Below, one piece after another: positions 20,169-30,688 of a stretch of DNA of 64,000 nucleotides; position 1 is the first letter of the stretch, and every line of letters starts with the position of its first letter. This DNA comes from an uncultured Clostridia bacterium (lineage in GTDB: Bacteria > Bacillota > Clostridia > TANB77 > CAG-508): assembly GCA_947632185.1 (NCBI GenBank), contig CANROH010000001.1:15142-79141 (forward strand), written 5' to 3'. Under the pieces are notes generated by a model that was given only the letters and a program-made list of their open reading frames with translations, was not told the DNA's origin and made no database searches. A program made the position numbers and the translations under genes.

Positions 20169-21075
20169 TTAGTTATCTATTGTTGCACCTATTATTCCAG
20201 CATCATTTTTAAAAAGTGCAGTAACTATTTTAGGTGTACTATGGTTAAATGTTGAATCTGGTTTATATATTTGTTCAATTAATTTTTTTAATACTGGATG
20301 TCCTTCATAATAAGAAAAACTACCACCAAAACATATTATTTCTGGTTCAAATATATCTATAAGATTGCATATTCCAATTCTTAAGTAATCAATAAATTCA
20401 TTTATATCATTTTGTACCTCATCATGATGCTCAACCATTATATTTTCTCTCAAATATTGGCCTGATATATCACTTCCATCTATATTTAAAGTATTTGTTA
20501 TTCTTGTTTTTAAAGCTTTTATTGAACAATATTTTTCAAAACAACCTTTTTTTCCACAAGCACATGGTATTCCATCTTTTACGATTGTTATATGACCAAA
20601 TTCAAAGCCAGGATATCTTTTGGGTTCTAACAATTTCCCACCTAAAAATGCTGCTCCTCCAATTCCTGTTCCTATGTTTAAAAACAAGCAATCATCATAT
20701 TCTTTCATAGCACCATATACTTTTTCAACTAGTGCTGCACATTTACCATCATTTCTAACTTGTACTTCTAAATTATATTTTTCCATAAGTTTAGATTTTA
20801 AATCAAAATCTTTTAAATCTAAATTACATGCTGTTATTTTACCATCTGTTATAGTGCCTGGAGATGCTACTCCTATTTTTTCTATACTTTCAAAAGTAAT
20901 ATTATTATTAGTTAGTATTTCATTTATTAATTCATCAATTATTCTTAATATAGATTCTTCAATATTATTTCTATCTTCTCCGTGTAATAAATCTATCAAC
21001 AGTGTCTTTAAGGTCAGATTTTTCTACTAATCCTACCCCTATATGACTTCCACCAATATCTATTCCTATTCTCAT
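20169..21075 (-). pseudogene. ROK-family glucokinase gene interrupted by a frameshift near 21000
   Basis: ATG at 21075 with an AGGAGG SD encodes MRIGIDIGGSHIGVGLVEKSDLKDT, then hits a stop at 20971. The ROK body (GTGIGG..CACGKKGCFE) continues in another frame from 20999. Confidence 0.55.
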
Positions 21076-21105
21076 TATTTTTAAGTTCCTCCTATAATTA
21101 ATTTA

Positions 21106-23430
21106 TTACATAACCAAAAAACTACCCAAATATATTTGCATATATGGTATTAAAACTATAATTATAAATAATAAAATTGAAATTCCAACAGCTCCATAAG
21201 ATATTTCTGGTAATATTTTTAAAATTCTATCAACTTCTTTTTTTATCTCTTTATCTAGATAATTAATTAGTTCCTGTATAATTTCTCTTGATTGAACATT
21301 AAAACCTTTTTTTAACATTTCTATAGTCATTGGATCTAATAATTCTTCATTTTCAAAAGAAGTAAGCCATGATTTTCCAACATAAATATCATTAATTGAT
21401 TTTTCAATCAAATCTAGCATATATACATTATTTATTACACTTTTGCTTATTTCTAAAGCATCTTGAATTCTGACTTTTGTTTGTAAATTTAGAAATATAC
21501 TACGTATAACTCTTGAAAAATCCACTAAAAACTTTATCCTACCAAATAAAAAATTAGTATACTTAAATTTATCAAACTTGTATTTTCCAGTATCAGTATT
21601 TATTAATTTAATTAATATTGCAACAATTATAGCAATTAATAAAACTACTATATACCAATGTTTTGCAAAATATCTTATTGAATCTATCACAAATAAAGTT
21701 ACTTTAGGCACATAAAAATTATTTCCATATGATGAAAAAACATTTTGAATACTCGGTATTCCAATCAATATTGCTAATATCAAAGTTATAAAAATACCAC
21801 AAAATAATATTATATTTGGTAACAACTCATTTTTTATTGTATTTTTTATTTTTTCTTCATCTTCTAGATATGTTATACAATACTTTAATGATTCATCTAG
21901 TGATTCAGTTAATTCTCCTGTTTTTATTAAATTTACATATATTTTAGGAAATATATTTTCATGTTCTTTCATAGCCTTATAAATATATTTTCCGTTATCA
22001 ACATTTTTTAAAATATCCTTTAGGGCTTCTTTTAAATATGAATTTTCCGTTTTATTTATAATTGTAAGTAATGCATGGCTATTTGTAAAATTTGATTTTT
22101 TTAATAAATAGAAATTCTCAGTAAATTCTCTAATATCTTTCAATCCAACTTTATTTGAAAATTCTATTTCATAATTTTTATCTATATTTATTTTTAATGT
22201 TTTCGTTTTTTTAGATTGAATTACATTTGTATACTTTTTATTATTTAACTTAAAAATTGAAAAATATGATTTTATACTTATTGGCGTCATTCCATTTCTC
22301 TTTATTTTTTTTATACAAGCAATTTTATCCTTTTCTTGCATCTTTATTTTTACAATTTGCCCTTGTGGAGTTATTACTTTACAAATAAAGTTAGACATAT
22401 TTCCTCCTTTCTTTTTTCCATTTATATTCCGTATATCTATTGGAGCAAACTTCGTTAAATTAAATGTTTTATAATATTCGTCTTGAGTATCTCCTAGCTT
22501 TCTCCAAACTCCATAAATACCTTCAAAACTACAATCTGGTGAAACATCGGCTATTTCTTCTTGCACTCTATTTAAATATAAATATTTTCCATTTTGATTT
22601 AAAAATCCCATTCTTATACATCTTTTTCCTGTACCATATCTAAAATAAGCAATATTATCTTTTATGGAGAAATTTGGTATCCAAACATACATATAATTAG
22701 TTATATTTAAAATGTAACCATTATAATTTACTACATTTTTTACTTTACCAGTTTCATCTATAAAAAAATCTTTTAAATTATCTGCATCTTTAGCAAAAAC
22801 TACTACTTTAGCCCATTTTTTTGCATAATAATTAAACCATTCTTTATCATCCTTCGTTGTTGTTACATATTCTTTTGTATTATCTAAATATTTTATTGGA
22901 ATAATATCATAGTCGTAAGTATTTATATTTAAATCTTTAAAGTATTGATCATTAATAATAGGACTATTATACTCTTTTACATTTTCTCTTTCAATTGTAC
23001 TTGAAAGAGTAATATTTTGATTTTGGTTATTTATTTCATAATTAATTATAACTGAAATATTTTTTGCAATATCAAAATCAGAATTAGAATTTTCTATTAT
23101 AATTTTTGCCTCGTAGTCTTCAGGTATACTTGTTCCAAAAAATGTTCCTGTGAAATCTTTTCCAGAAACTATTATATTTAAAGCATTATTTTCAAGTGTT
23201 TTTGAAATACCAATAGACGATATTTGTTCTATATATTGCTCTATATTTTCATAACTTCTTGTTTTTATATTCTCTAAAATATTACTAGCAATTGTTGTTG
23301 CATCAATTTTCTTAGTAATATTTTCTTTGTATAAGCCAATTTCTAAACACATTAAAATAATAATGCTAAATATACATATTGTAATTATTAAAGAAAAAAA
23401 TATTTCTAATGGTACTATCTTCTTTTTCAT
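21106..23430 (-). CDS. pilC: 774-aa in-frame fusion ORF: N-terminal pilin-like or TM-anchored domain (aa 1-344) + complete type IV pilus platform protein PilC/GspF (aa 345-774)
   Basis: The C-terminal 430 aa hold two T2SSF repeats and 3 TM segments. The N-terminus is MKKKIVPLEIFFSLIITICIF plus a ~300-aa globular domain. A strong internal SD (AAAGGAGGA) lies 7 nt before Met345 (ATG at 22398). Confidence 0.8.
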   Translation of the reverse strand: MKKKIVPLEIFFSLIITICIFSIIILMCLEIGLYKENITKKIDATTIASNILENIKTRSYENIEQYIEQISSIGISKTLENNALNIIVSGKDFTGTFFGTSIPEDYEAKIIIENSNSDFDIAKNISVIINYEINNQNQNITLSSTIERENVKEYNSPIINDQYFKDLNINTYDYDIIPIKYLDNTKEYVTTTKDDKEWFNYYAKKWAKVVVFAKDADNLKDFFIDETGKVKNVVNYNGYILNITNYMYVWIPNFSIKDNIAYFRYGTGKRCIRMGFLNQNGKYLYLNRVQEEIADVSPDCSFEGIYGVWRKLGDTQDEYYKTFNLTKFAPIDIRNINGKKKGGNMSNFICKVITPQGQIVKIKMQEKDKIACIKKIKRNGMTPISIKSYFSIFKLNNKKYTNVIQSKKTKTLKINIDKNYEIEFSNKVGLKDIREFTENFYLLKKSNFTNSHALLTIINKTENSYLKEALKDILKNVDNGKYIYKAMKEHENIFPKIYVNLIKTGELTESLDESLKYCITYLEDEEKIKNTIKNELLPNIILFCGIFITLILAILIGIPSIQNVFSSYGNNFYVPKVTLFVIDSIRYFAKHWYIVVLLIAIIVAILIKLINTDTGKYKFDKFKYTNFLFGRIKFLVDFSRVIRSIFLNLQTKVRIQDALEISKSVINNVYMLDLIEKSINDIYVGKSWLTSFENEELLDPMTIEMLKKGFNVQSREIIQELINYLDKEIKKEVDRILKILPEISYGAVGISILLFIIIVLIPYMQIYLGSFLVM

Positions 23431-23502
23431 AACTTTTCCTTATATCTTATATTTATACTAAATTAGGCATATACATAAAAAGTATATGCCTATTATTTTC
23501 AA

Positions 23503-23679
23503 TTATTGAGCAATAGAAGAATTGTCTATAGCATTATTACTATATTCTTTATCTTTAATTTCTAGTTCATAATTATCAATATTTTGTATAACTGTATATG
23601 TTGCAGCAGCTGCTATAAGTAGCAACACTAGCATTAATACAACAAATTTAAGTAAAGTTAACCCTTTTTCAGATCTCAT
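23503..23679 (-). CDS. short type IV pilin-like protein (58 aa) with class III signal MRSEKG|LTLLK
   Basis: GGAG SD. Leader ends in Gly, followed by a 21-residue hydrophobic helix. Position +5 is Lys rather than the usual Glu. Confidence 0.5.
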   Translation of the reverse strand: MRSEKGLTLLKFVVLMLVLLLIAAAATYTVIQNIDNYELEIKDKEYSNNAIDNSSIAQ

Positions 23680-23691
23680 ATTATTACTCCT

Positions 23692-24081
23692 TTATCTTGA
23701 ATTTTTATTTGCTTGAGTAGTATTTGTTTTTTCAGAATTTTGTGGTTCTAATATTGGTTCAGCTTGATTTGTATATTCATCAAATGGATTATCCTTTCCA
23801 CTTTCATAAGAACTTTCTGAAGCATATGATGCTAAATCATTTTGACTTATACTATAAGATTTTAATAAAGAACTTGAATCATCACTTTTAACATCGGTCT
23901 CTGTATTTGAATGAATTTCTTCAAGTGTTTTAACAACATCTTCATCTTGAATATACTCTATCGATACAAGTTTTTGATTATTTGATGAAATAGAATCATA
24001 AAATAATACTATAAGCATAAACATTATTATTACTGCAAGCAATATAGTTATAAATATTTCTTTCAATTTTTTATGCTTCAT
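23692..24081 (-). CDS. single-pass membrane protein with acidic, Ser-rich tail (pilus-cluster accessory, PilP-like?)
   Basis: Start MKHKKLKEIF is preferred because it has an AAGGAG SD. The ORF-track start at 24135 overlaps pilO. Confidence 0.5.
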   Translation of the reverse strand: MKHKKLKEIFITILLAVIIMFMLIVLFYDSISSNNQKLVSIEYIQDEDVVKTLEEIHSNTETDVKSDDSSSLLKSYSISQNDLASYASESSYESGKDNPFDEYTNQAEPILEPQNSEKTNTTQANKNSR

Positions 24082-24100
24082 AAGATTATTCTCCTTAATA

Positions 24101-24763
24101 CTAATTTCCTGAATTTTGATTTGATGTGTCAACATTAGTTGTATATGATGTTGGAATTTCAGATAAATTTTTGCTATTTATTGGTATTCTTTGAACAGTA
24201 AAAGTTGCTTGTAAATTTTCTCCACCTTTTTCCATTAAAAAATCATTTATTTCAAAGTTTAATTTTTCATCATCTTCTAAGCTAAATATAAAATTTGTTA
24301 TAGCTGTATATTCTCCTGTTACTGTAATATTTAAATCACACATTACATATTCTGAAGATTTTGAATTTTCATCAGAGTTTTTTACTGTATCAAGTTGAAG
24401 GACAACTCCATTTCGTGTTGCATATCCTCCTATATTAGTTAATAAAAAGTCATAATCATATAATTCCATAGAACCATTTAAATCATTATTTTGTATCTGC
24501 CCATTTGCGACAAGTTTATCATATTGTGATTTTTTATTGTTATATTCTTGAACAGCTGTTTTTAATGCTGATTTCTTTGTATTAAACTCTATATCATTTT
24601 TATAATTTAATTCAGAAATCAAATTGTTTCTTTTAGTATTTGCAACTTGTATTTCTCGATAACTACTTATTTTGTAATTTCCTATTTTAAATCCAAAAAA
24701 CATAATCAAGAAAAATAATAATATAAAAATAATTAACATAAGATTCAATATATATTTTCTCAT
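24101..24763 (-). CDS. pilO: PilO-like type IV pilus biogenesis protein
   Basis: N-terminal TM, coiled-coil, C-terminal PilO-like fold. Overlaps the pilMN stop by 4 nt. Confidence 0.6.
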   Translation of the reverse strand: MRKYILNLMLIIFILLFFLIMFFGFKIGNYKISSYREIQVANTKRNNLISELNYKNDIEFNTKKSALKTAVQEYNNKKSQYDKLVANGQIQNNDLNGSMELYDYDFLLTNIGGYATRNGVVLQLDTVKNSDENSKSSEYVMCDLNITVTGEYTAITNFIFSLEDDEKLNFEINDFLMEKGGENLQATFTVQRIPINSKNLSEIPTSYTTNVDTSNQNSGN

Positions 24764-26349
24764 TTCAAATCCCCCTCTATGGTAATTTGAACTAATGAAT
24801 CACTTTTTGTACTTGGCGTTGACTTAATATTTGCAAGTGTTCCATCTGATTTTATTGCCGCAAGAAAATAACCTAATTGTTCATATTTCTCTGAAGTTGC
24901 TTGTATAACAATATGATTATTCTCTACATTTTCTATAGATATGATTTGGACTTGTTTAGGTATTATCGTCATTATTTTCTTTAGCATATTTGGAATTGCA
25001 TCTTTTGAAATAACTCTACTATTTTTTGAATTATTATTTGCTTCACTTAATGAATCTACACTTCCTATAAGTGAATTATAAGCATTTATATAACTTTCTA
25101 TTTCAGAAAGTTCACTATCCATCTTTTCTATCTGCTTACTAGATTCTTGAAGTTTTGCTTGAGCTTCTTGTATTTTTAAATTAGTTTTATTCAAAATATA
25201 TCCACTAGCAATTGAAAATCCAATAATAGCAATAATACAACATCTTATTGCTCTTAATACAAGTTTTTCTTTAGCATTAAAAGGCTTTTTAAATTCTGAT
25301 CTTATTCTATTAATATTAAATTTTTCATTAGAATGAACAATACTATTAATTTTAGAGCTTGGTGCAAAATTCAAATCTTTATTTATATATTCTAATCCAT
25401 CTAAAGCAAGTGCAATTGCTGAATTAACTTCTATATATTCTTTTTTAGATATATCAAAAAGTTCTTGAGATACAAAAAATGGTTTCAATATTTTACATTT
25501 TGTATTCTTAAATTCTTCTTGAAAATACAAGTCTATATTACCAATAGTTGCACCAAGACCAGTTATATATATGGTATCTATTTTTTCTTTAAAATTACTA
25601 AATACTCTTTGTGCTTCTCTAATAATTCTTGATATAGTAGGTATTATTAAATCTATATATTCATTTTTATTTTCATCAATATTATCATCATTTATAATAG
25701 TAGTTTTAAAAACATTATACGTTTCTTTCCATGATAATCCTAGTTTATGAATTTTTTCAATTATGCTTTCTAGTCCAGCATCTAAAATATCAACTCTGTT
25801 TATTTGTTTATTAAATATAGTAGTAATTTTAGTTTCATTTTCTATATTTATAATAGCAATATTTTCATTATCATTAATTTCAACAAGATTTGTTATACTA
25901 GTTGAAATTGGTGAAATAGAATATAATTTATAATCTGACAATATTTTTGAGTTTGAATAAATTTCACCTTTATTTGCAGATATATATAGAACTTTATATT
26001 TATCACGATCTTCTTCATTATTTACTAATATATATCTTGATTCTAGAGATTTTTTTGCATATCCTTTATCTTGGCATAACATTTCAAATTCTATATTTAG
26101 AGCTTTTGTAATATCCTTTCTTCCAAGTCCTGAAAAAACATTAAAATAATTATATAATTCATTTTTAATGTTAATACTAATAGGCGTTTTTTGGCTATTT
26201 GTCTGATTAATAACTTTTTTCAAAGTCAATTCTAAATTATCAAAAACTTCTGTATTAAAGCTCTCTACTTTAAATGTATTATTGTCTTTTCTCAATTTAG
26301 CATATTTTATTAGGTTTTTATCAATAAAAATACCTAAACAACTTGACAT
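24760..26349 (-). CDS. pilM: PilM-PilN fusion protein (actin-like ATPase domain + TM/PilN domain)
   Basis: MSSCLGIFIDKN PilM N-terminus with an AGAGGGG SD, and a C-terminal TM plus coiled-coil PilN-like region. The ORF-track start at 26472 has no SD. Confidence 0.8.
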   Translation of the reverse strand: MSSCLGIFIDKNLIKYAKLRKDNNTFKVESFNTEVFDNLELTLKKVINQTNSQKTPISINIKNELYNYFNVFSGLGRKDITKALNIEFEMLCQDKGYAKKSLESRYILVNNEEDRDKYKVLYISANKGEIYSNSKILSDYKLYSISPISTSITNLVEINDNENIAIINIENETKITTIFNKQINRVDILDAGLESIIEKIHKLGLSWKETYNVFKTTIINDDNIDENKNEYIDLIIPTISRIIREAQRVFSNFKEKIDTIYITGLGATIGNIDLYFQEEFKNTKCKILKPFFVSQELFDISKKEYIEVNSAIALALDGLEYINKDLNFAPSSKINSIVHSNEKFNINRIRSEFKKPFNAKEKLVLRAIRCCIIAIIGFSIASGYILNKTNLKIQEAQAKLQESSKQIEKMDSELSEIESYINAYNSLIGSVDSLSEANNNSKNSRVISKDAIPNMLKKIMTIIPKQVQIISIENVENNHIVIQATSEKYEQLGYFLAAIKSDGTLANIKSTPSTKSDSLVQITIEGDLK

Positions 26350-26513
26350 TATTTTTCCCCTCTTTATTTTTGTATATATAAATATGTAAAAAAATTCCAA
26401 TATATCAAAATATATATATTTACATGTATATTTATATATTGTTTTACTTAAAATGTCAATATATTTACGCATTCAAGAAATAAATTTAACAAAAATGTAA
26501 TATTTTTTTAAAA

Positions 26514-28460
26514 TTATATTTTTTCTTTTAGCTCACCTTCTTGATATGCTAATAAAAGCATTTTTAAATCTTCAATTTCTTCCTTTATTTTTTTACCTAT
26601 ATCAGTGTCTGCTACTCTTTTTCTTTTATCAATTTTTTCTTTTAAAATTATCTGTGCTTTTATATCTAAGCCTTCTTCTATTGCTTTCGCTCTTGATTCA
26701 AAAGGTTCATTCATAGCTAAAACTAATCCGTTTGAATTATAAGTTAGTGTATATCCTGCAATTCCTGTAGTTGATTGATATGCTTTAGCAAATCCTCCAT
26801 CAATAAGAATTGTTTTTCCATTTGCTTTAACAGGGCTTTCTCCATCCTTTGCTTTTACTGGCATATGTCCATTAATTATATGTCCTTCTTCAACATTTGA
26901 ACCAAAATTTTCTAAAATTTTATTACATATTTCTTCTTTATTAATTAATTCATAATAAGGATTTTTATTTTCTTTATGAGTATATTCATCATCTAAAAAA
27001 TATCTTTCAAAAGTTGCTGCTTTATCTTTACCAAATAAAGGTGATTTAGGTCCACACCAAAAATACCACATTACATCTATAGCATCTTGGTTTTCTTCAT
27101 TATGTTCTTTAAAATATGCTCTATGTGCCGTATTTTCTATGTGTTCCATAAGTTCTTGTCCTTTAAGTGATTTTCCCAATATTTCAACTTCATCAAATTC
27201 TCCATTTTCTTTTAATGGAATACATCCATGAAATAAAAGATTTGAATTAAAATTTTGATACATATGTCCTTTAGCATATAAAAAATTTATATGTTTATTC
27301 AATTTTTCACTATGCATAAATGAATTTTTTAATCTTTCTACAATTTCGGCTTCTTGTTTTGTTAATTCATACGGATTTTTCCAATCTATTGTTGGAAAAA
27401 CAGTATCATTTAATTTATATTCTTTTTTATTTATAATTACTGTTCCTTTTTTTATATCAATTTTATCTAATAATAACCTGTCATCCATTTTATATTCAGG
27501 ATGTTTTTTTATTAATTTACCTTCAATCTTAAATTGAATTATAGATATAGCTTTATGAATTTTTGATAAAACAATTTTATCTGTATTACTATATTTTGAA
27601 ACTTCTCTATTTCTAGGTAGAAATGCTTTACAATCATCATTTTTATAAACCTCAGTTGCAAAAACTGATAGTGGCCTTATATTAATTCCATATCCTTCTT
27701 CTAATGTTGCTAAATTATCATATCTACTGCAAATTCTTACAACATTTGCTATACAAGCTTCATTTCCACTGGCAGCTCCCATCCAAAGTATATCATGATT
27801 TCCCCATTCAATATCCAAACTGTGAAAATTCATTAACTTATCCATAATTATTGGTGCTCCTGGGCCTCTATCATAAATATCTCCTACAATATGAAGATGA
27901 TCTATCGCCATTCTTTTTATAAGATTGGAAATTGCAACAATAAAACTATCTGCTCTGTTTAAATCAATAATACTATCTATTATTTGCCCATAATATTTTT
28001 CTTTGTTATTATCATCTCCTTGAAGATGTATCAATTCATCAATTATATAATCAAATCCTTTAGGCATTGCTTTTCTAACCTTAGACCTAGTATATTTTGA
28101 ACTTACAGATTTTGTTACTTCAATTAATCTATATAAAGAAATCTTATACCATTCATTTAAATTTTTTTTGCTTTTCTTTATTAAATTTAATTTTTCTTCT
28201 GGATAATAAATTAATGTTGCTAAATCTTTTCTATCTTCTTCTGTTAAAGTCTTTTCATATATATTCTCTATTTTACTTTTTATTATTCCTGAACCATTAT
28301 TAAGAATATGAAGAAAAGCCTCGTATTCTCCATGAATATCGCTCATAAAAAGCTCTGTTCCTTTAGGCAAATTCAAAATTGCTTGAAGATTTATAATTTC
28401 TTCACTTACTTCTTGTATATTTCTATAAGTTTTACTTAATTGATTTAAATATTTATCCAT
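26514..28460 (-). CDS. fbp: fructose-1,6-bisphosphatase class 3
   Basis: 648 aa with the SDIHGEY metallophosphatase motif. Confidence 0.9.
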   Translation of the reverse strand: MDKYLNQLSKTYRNIQEVSEEIINLQAILNLPKGTELFMSDIHGEYEAFLHILNNGSGIIKSKIENIYEKTLTEEDRKDLATLIYYPEEKLNLIKKSKKNLNEWYKISLYRLIEVTKSVSSKYTRSKVRKAMPKGFDYIIDELIHLQGDDNNKEKYYGQIIDSIIDLNRADSFIVAISNLIKRMAIDHLHIVGDIYDRGPGAPIIMDKLMNFHSLDIEWGNHDILWMGAASGNEACIANVVRICSRYDNLATLEEGYGINIRPLSVFATEVYKNDDCKAFLPRNREVSKYSNTDKIVLSKIHKAISIIQFKIEGKLIKKHPEYKMDDRLLLDKIDIKKGTVIINKKEYKLNDTVFPTIDWKNPYELTKQEAEIVERLKNSFMHSEKLNKHINFLYAKGHMYQNFNSNLLFHGCIPLKENGEFDEVEILGKSLKGQELMEHIENTAHRAYFKEHNEENQDAIDVMWYFWCGPKSPLFGKDKAATFERYFLDDEYTHKENKNPYYELINKEEICNKILENFGSNVEEGHIINGHMPVKAKDGESPVKANGKTILIDGGFAKAYQSTTGIAGYTLTYNSNGLVLAMNEPFESRAKAIEEGLDIKAQIILKEKIDKRKRVADTDIGKKIKEEIEDLKMLLLAYQEGELKEKI

Positions 28461-28552
28461 AATTTTTCACAAACTATTTTTGGAAAATAGTATTTCTCCT
28501 TATCCCAATTATCATTATTTTTAAATTTTATTAATGATTTGTGATTTTTTTA

Positions 28553-28583
28553 TGAATAACTAATGTATTTTTGGAAAATATAA
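28553..28583 (+). promoter_or_regulatory. possible forespore sigma (sigma-G/F-type) promoter for spoVA operon
   Basis: GAATA -35-like element, 18-nt spacer, then AATATAA. The match is weak. Confidence 0.25.
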
Positions 28584-28609
28584 CTATAAGTCTGAAAGGA
28601 GATGATTTT

Positions 28610-29074
28610 TTGAAGCCTATTCAAAGTAAAGAAGAATATCAAACATATGTAGATCAAAAAACACCAAATTCTCCAATAATTAAGAATTGTTTTAATGCAT
28701 TCTGGGTTGGTGGATTAATTTGTGCTATTGGTCAAATAATTTTTGAAATATGCAAAATGCGTGGAATTGATGAAACAAATTCATATACAATTGTTTCTAT
28801 GATTTTAGTATTTTGTAGTGCATTTTTAACAGGACTTAACATATTTAATAAAATTGGAAAATTCGCTGGGGCAGGATCTTTAATACCTATCACTGGTTTT
28901 GCAAACTCTATAGTTTCACCTGCAATGGAATATAAATCAGAAGGATATGTTATGGGCGTTGGTGCTAAAATGTTCACAGTAGCAGGTCCTGTTCTTGTAT
29001 ATGGAATTTCTTCTAGTATTATTATTGGAATTATTTATATTATTTTTAATACACAAAATCTAATTTTAGTATAA
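28610..29074 (+). CDS. spoVAC: stage V sporulation protein AC
   Basis: TTG start with an AAAGGAG SD. The N-terminus aligns in length with Bacillus SpoVAC, and the FWVGGLICAIGQ motif is present. Confidence 0.85.
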   Translation: MKPIQSKEEYQTYVDQKTPNSPIIKNCFNAFWVGGLICAIGQIIFEICKMRGIDETNSYTIVSMILVFCSAFLTGLNIFNKIGKFAGAGSLIPITGFANSIVSPAMEYKSEGYVMGVGAKMFTVAGPVLVYGISSSIIIGIIYIIFNTQNLILV

Positions 29075-29080
29075 AGGAGT

Positions 29081-30094
29081 GTGATTATTATAAAAAAAGT
29101 TGGTAATCAAAGTTATATGCTTTCTAACCCAGTAAATATTGCTTCCACTGCTTCTATAGTTGGTCCAAAAGAAAAAGAAGGTCCTCTTCATCAATTTTTT
29201 GATCAATGTTTAGAAGATGAATTTTGGGGAGAAAAAAGCTGGGAAGCTGCCGAAAGCAAAATTGTAAAAGAAACTGTAAATATGGCTATATCTAAATCTG
29301 GTATAGCTTCTCGTGAAATAGACTTTTGTTTAGCAGGAGATTTATTAAATCAATGTATTGCATCATCATTTGGTTTAAGAGAGACTAATATTCCTTTTAT
29401 AGGTTTATTTGGTGCTTGTTCTACTTTTGTAGAATCAATGATTGTTGGATCATGTTTTATAGATGGAGAATTTGCAAACAATGTTGTATGTTCTGCATCA
29501 AGTCATTTTTGTAGTGCAGAAAAACAATTTAGATTTCCATTAGAATTAGGAAATCAAAGACCTCCTTCTAGTCAATGGACTGTTACTGGTGCCGGTAGTG
29601 TAATTTTAACTAAATCTGGTACAGGTCCATTTATAACAGGTTTTACACCTGGTAAAATTGTTGATATGGGAATTAAAGATGCTAATAACATGGGAGCAGC
29701 AATGGCCGGAGCTGCTGAAGACACTCTTGTAGCACATTTTAAAGATACTGGTAGAAGTCCTAGTTATTATGATGCAATTTTCAGTGGAGATTTAGGTCAT
29801 ATTGGTAAAGACATTTTAATCGATTTAGCAAGTTCAAAAGGTTACAATATAAAATCTAACTACAATGATTGTGGAGTTCTTATGTTTGATAAAGCAAAAC
29901 AAGATACTCATTCTGGTGGCTCTGGATGTGGATGTGTTGCATCAGTTTTTTCAGGATATATATATAAAATGCTACAAGAGAAAAAATATAGAAAAGTATT
30001 ATTAATGGCAACAGGTGCACTAATGAATTCAACAAGTTCCCAACAAGGTGAATCAATTCCTGGAATTGCACATGCTATTAGTATTGAAATATAA
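29081..30094 (+). CDS. spoVAD: stage V sporulation protein AD (thiolase-like fold)
   Basis: 337 aa, typical SpoVAD. Confidence 0.9.
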   Translation: MIIIKKVGNQSYMLSNPVNIASTASIVGPKEKEGPLHQFFDQCLEDEFWGEKSWEAAESKIVKETVNMAISKSGIASREIDFCLAGDLLNQCIASSFGLRETNIPFIGLFGACSTFVESMIVGSCFIDGEFANNVVCSASSHFCSAEKQFRFPLELGNQRPPSSQWTVTGAGSVILTKSGTGPFITGFTPGKIVDMGIKDANNMGAAMAGAAEDTLVAHFKDTGRSPSYYDAIFSGDLGHIGKDILIDLASSKGYNIKSNYNDCGVLMFDKAKQDTHSGGSGCGCVASVFSGYIYKMLQEKKYRKVLLMATGALMNSTSSQQGESIPGIAHAISIEI

Positions 30095-30184
30095 AACTTA
30101 ATATATAAAAATTATTTAATAATTAAAAGGTTTATAGGTAAATCCTTTAAAAACCTAAATATATTTACAAGGATATTATTTTAT

Positions 30185-30553
30185 ATGGATTGGTATATGG
30201 TTCTAAAAGCCTTTGTCACTGGTGGAATTATATGTATAATAGGACAAATTTTAATAGATAAAACCAAACTTACCCCCGCTCGTATACTTGTAGCTTATGT
30301 TACACTTGGCGTAATTTTAGGTGGTCTTGGATGGTATAAATATTTAATAGATTTTGCAGGATGTGGTGCTACAGTTCCGCTTACTGGCTTTGGAAGTTTA
30401 CTTGCAAAAGGTACTATATCTGAAGTAGAAAAAACAGGATTAATAGGTGCATTTACTGGTGGAATAAAAGCTGCAGCCGGAGGAATTGCAGCAGCAATTT
30501 TCTTTGGATATATAGCATCTATTGTTTCAAAACCTAAAATAAAAAAGCAGTAA
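30185..30553 (+). CDS. spoVAEB: stage V sporulation protein AEb
   Basis: 122-aa paralog of SpoVAC (GGIICIIGQ). Confidence 0.85.
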   Translation: MDWYMVLKAFVTGGIICIIGQILIDKTKLTPARILVAYVTLGVILGGLGWYKYLIDFAGCGATVPLTGFGSLLAKGTISEVEKTGLIGAFTGGIKAAAGGIAAAIFFGYIASIVSKPKIKKQ

Positions 30554-30688
30554 TAAATTTTCTATTAATATAATATTTTAAAAATGGACTTTAAAGTATA
30601 AAGTTCATTTTTTATTTTCTATTTACTAACAAGCTCTAGCACTTTAAATCACATCACATCTTTTTGCGAACATTTTTTCGAAAAACTA

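Noticed and set aside
26350-26472. Upstream 41-codon extension of pilM (MRKYIDILSKTIYKY...)
   Set aside because: No SD and low-complexity sequence. A strong AGAGGGG SD precedes the internal Met that matches PilM N-termini.
26350-26513. c-di-GMP riboswitch upstream of the pilus operon
   Set aside because: The region is almost entirely A/T and lacks the conserved GC-rich helices of c-di-GMP-I/II aptamers.
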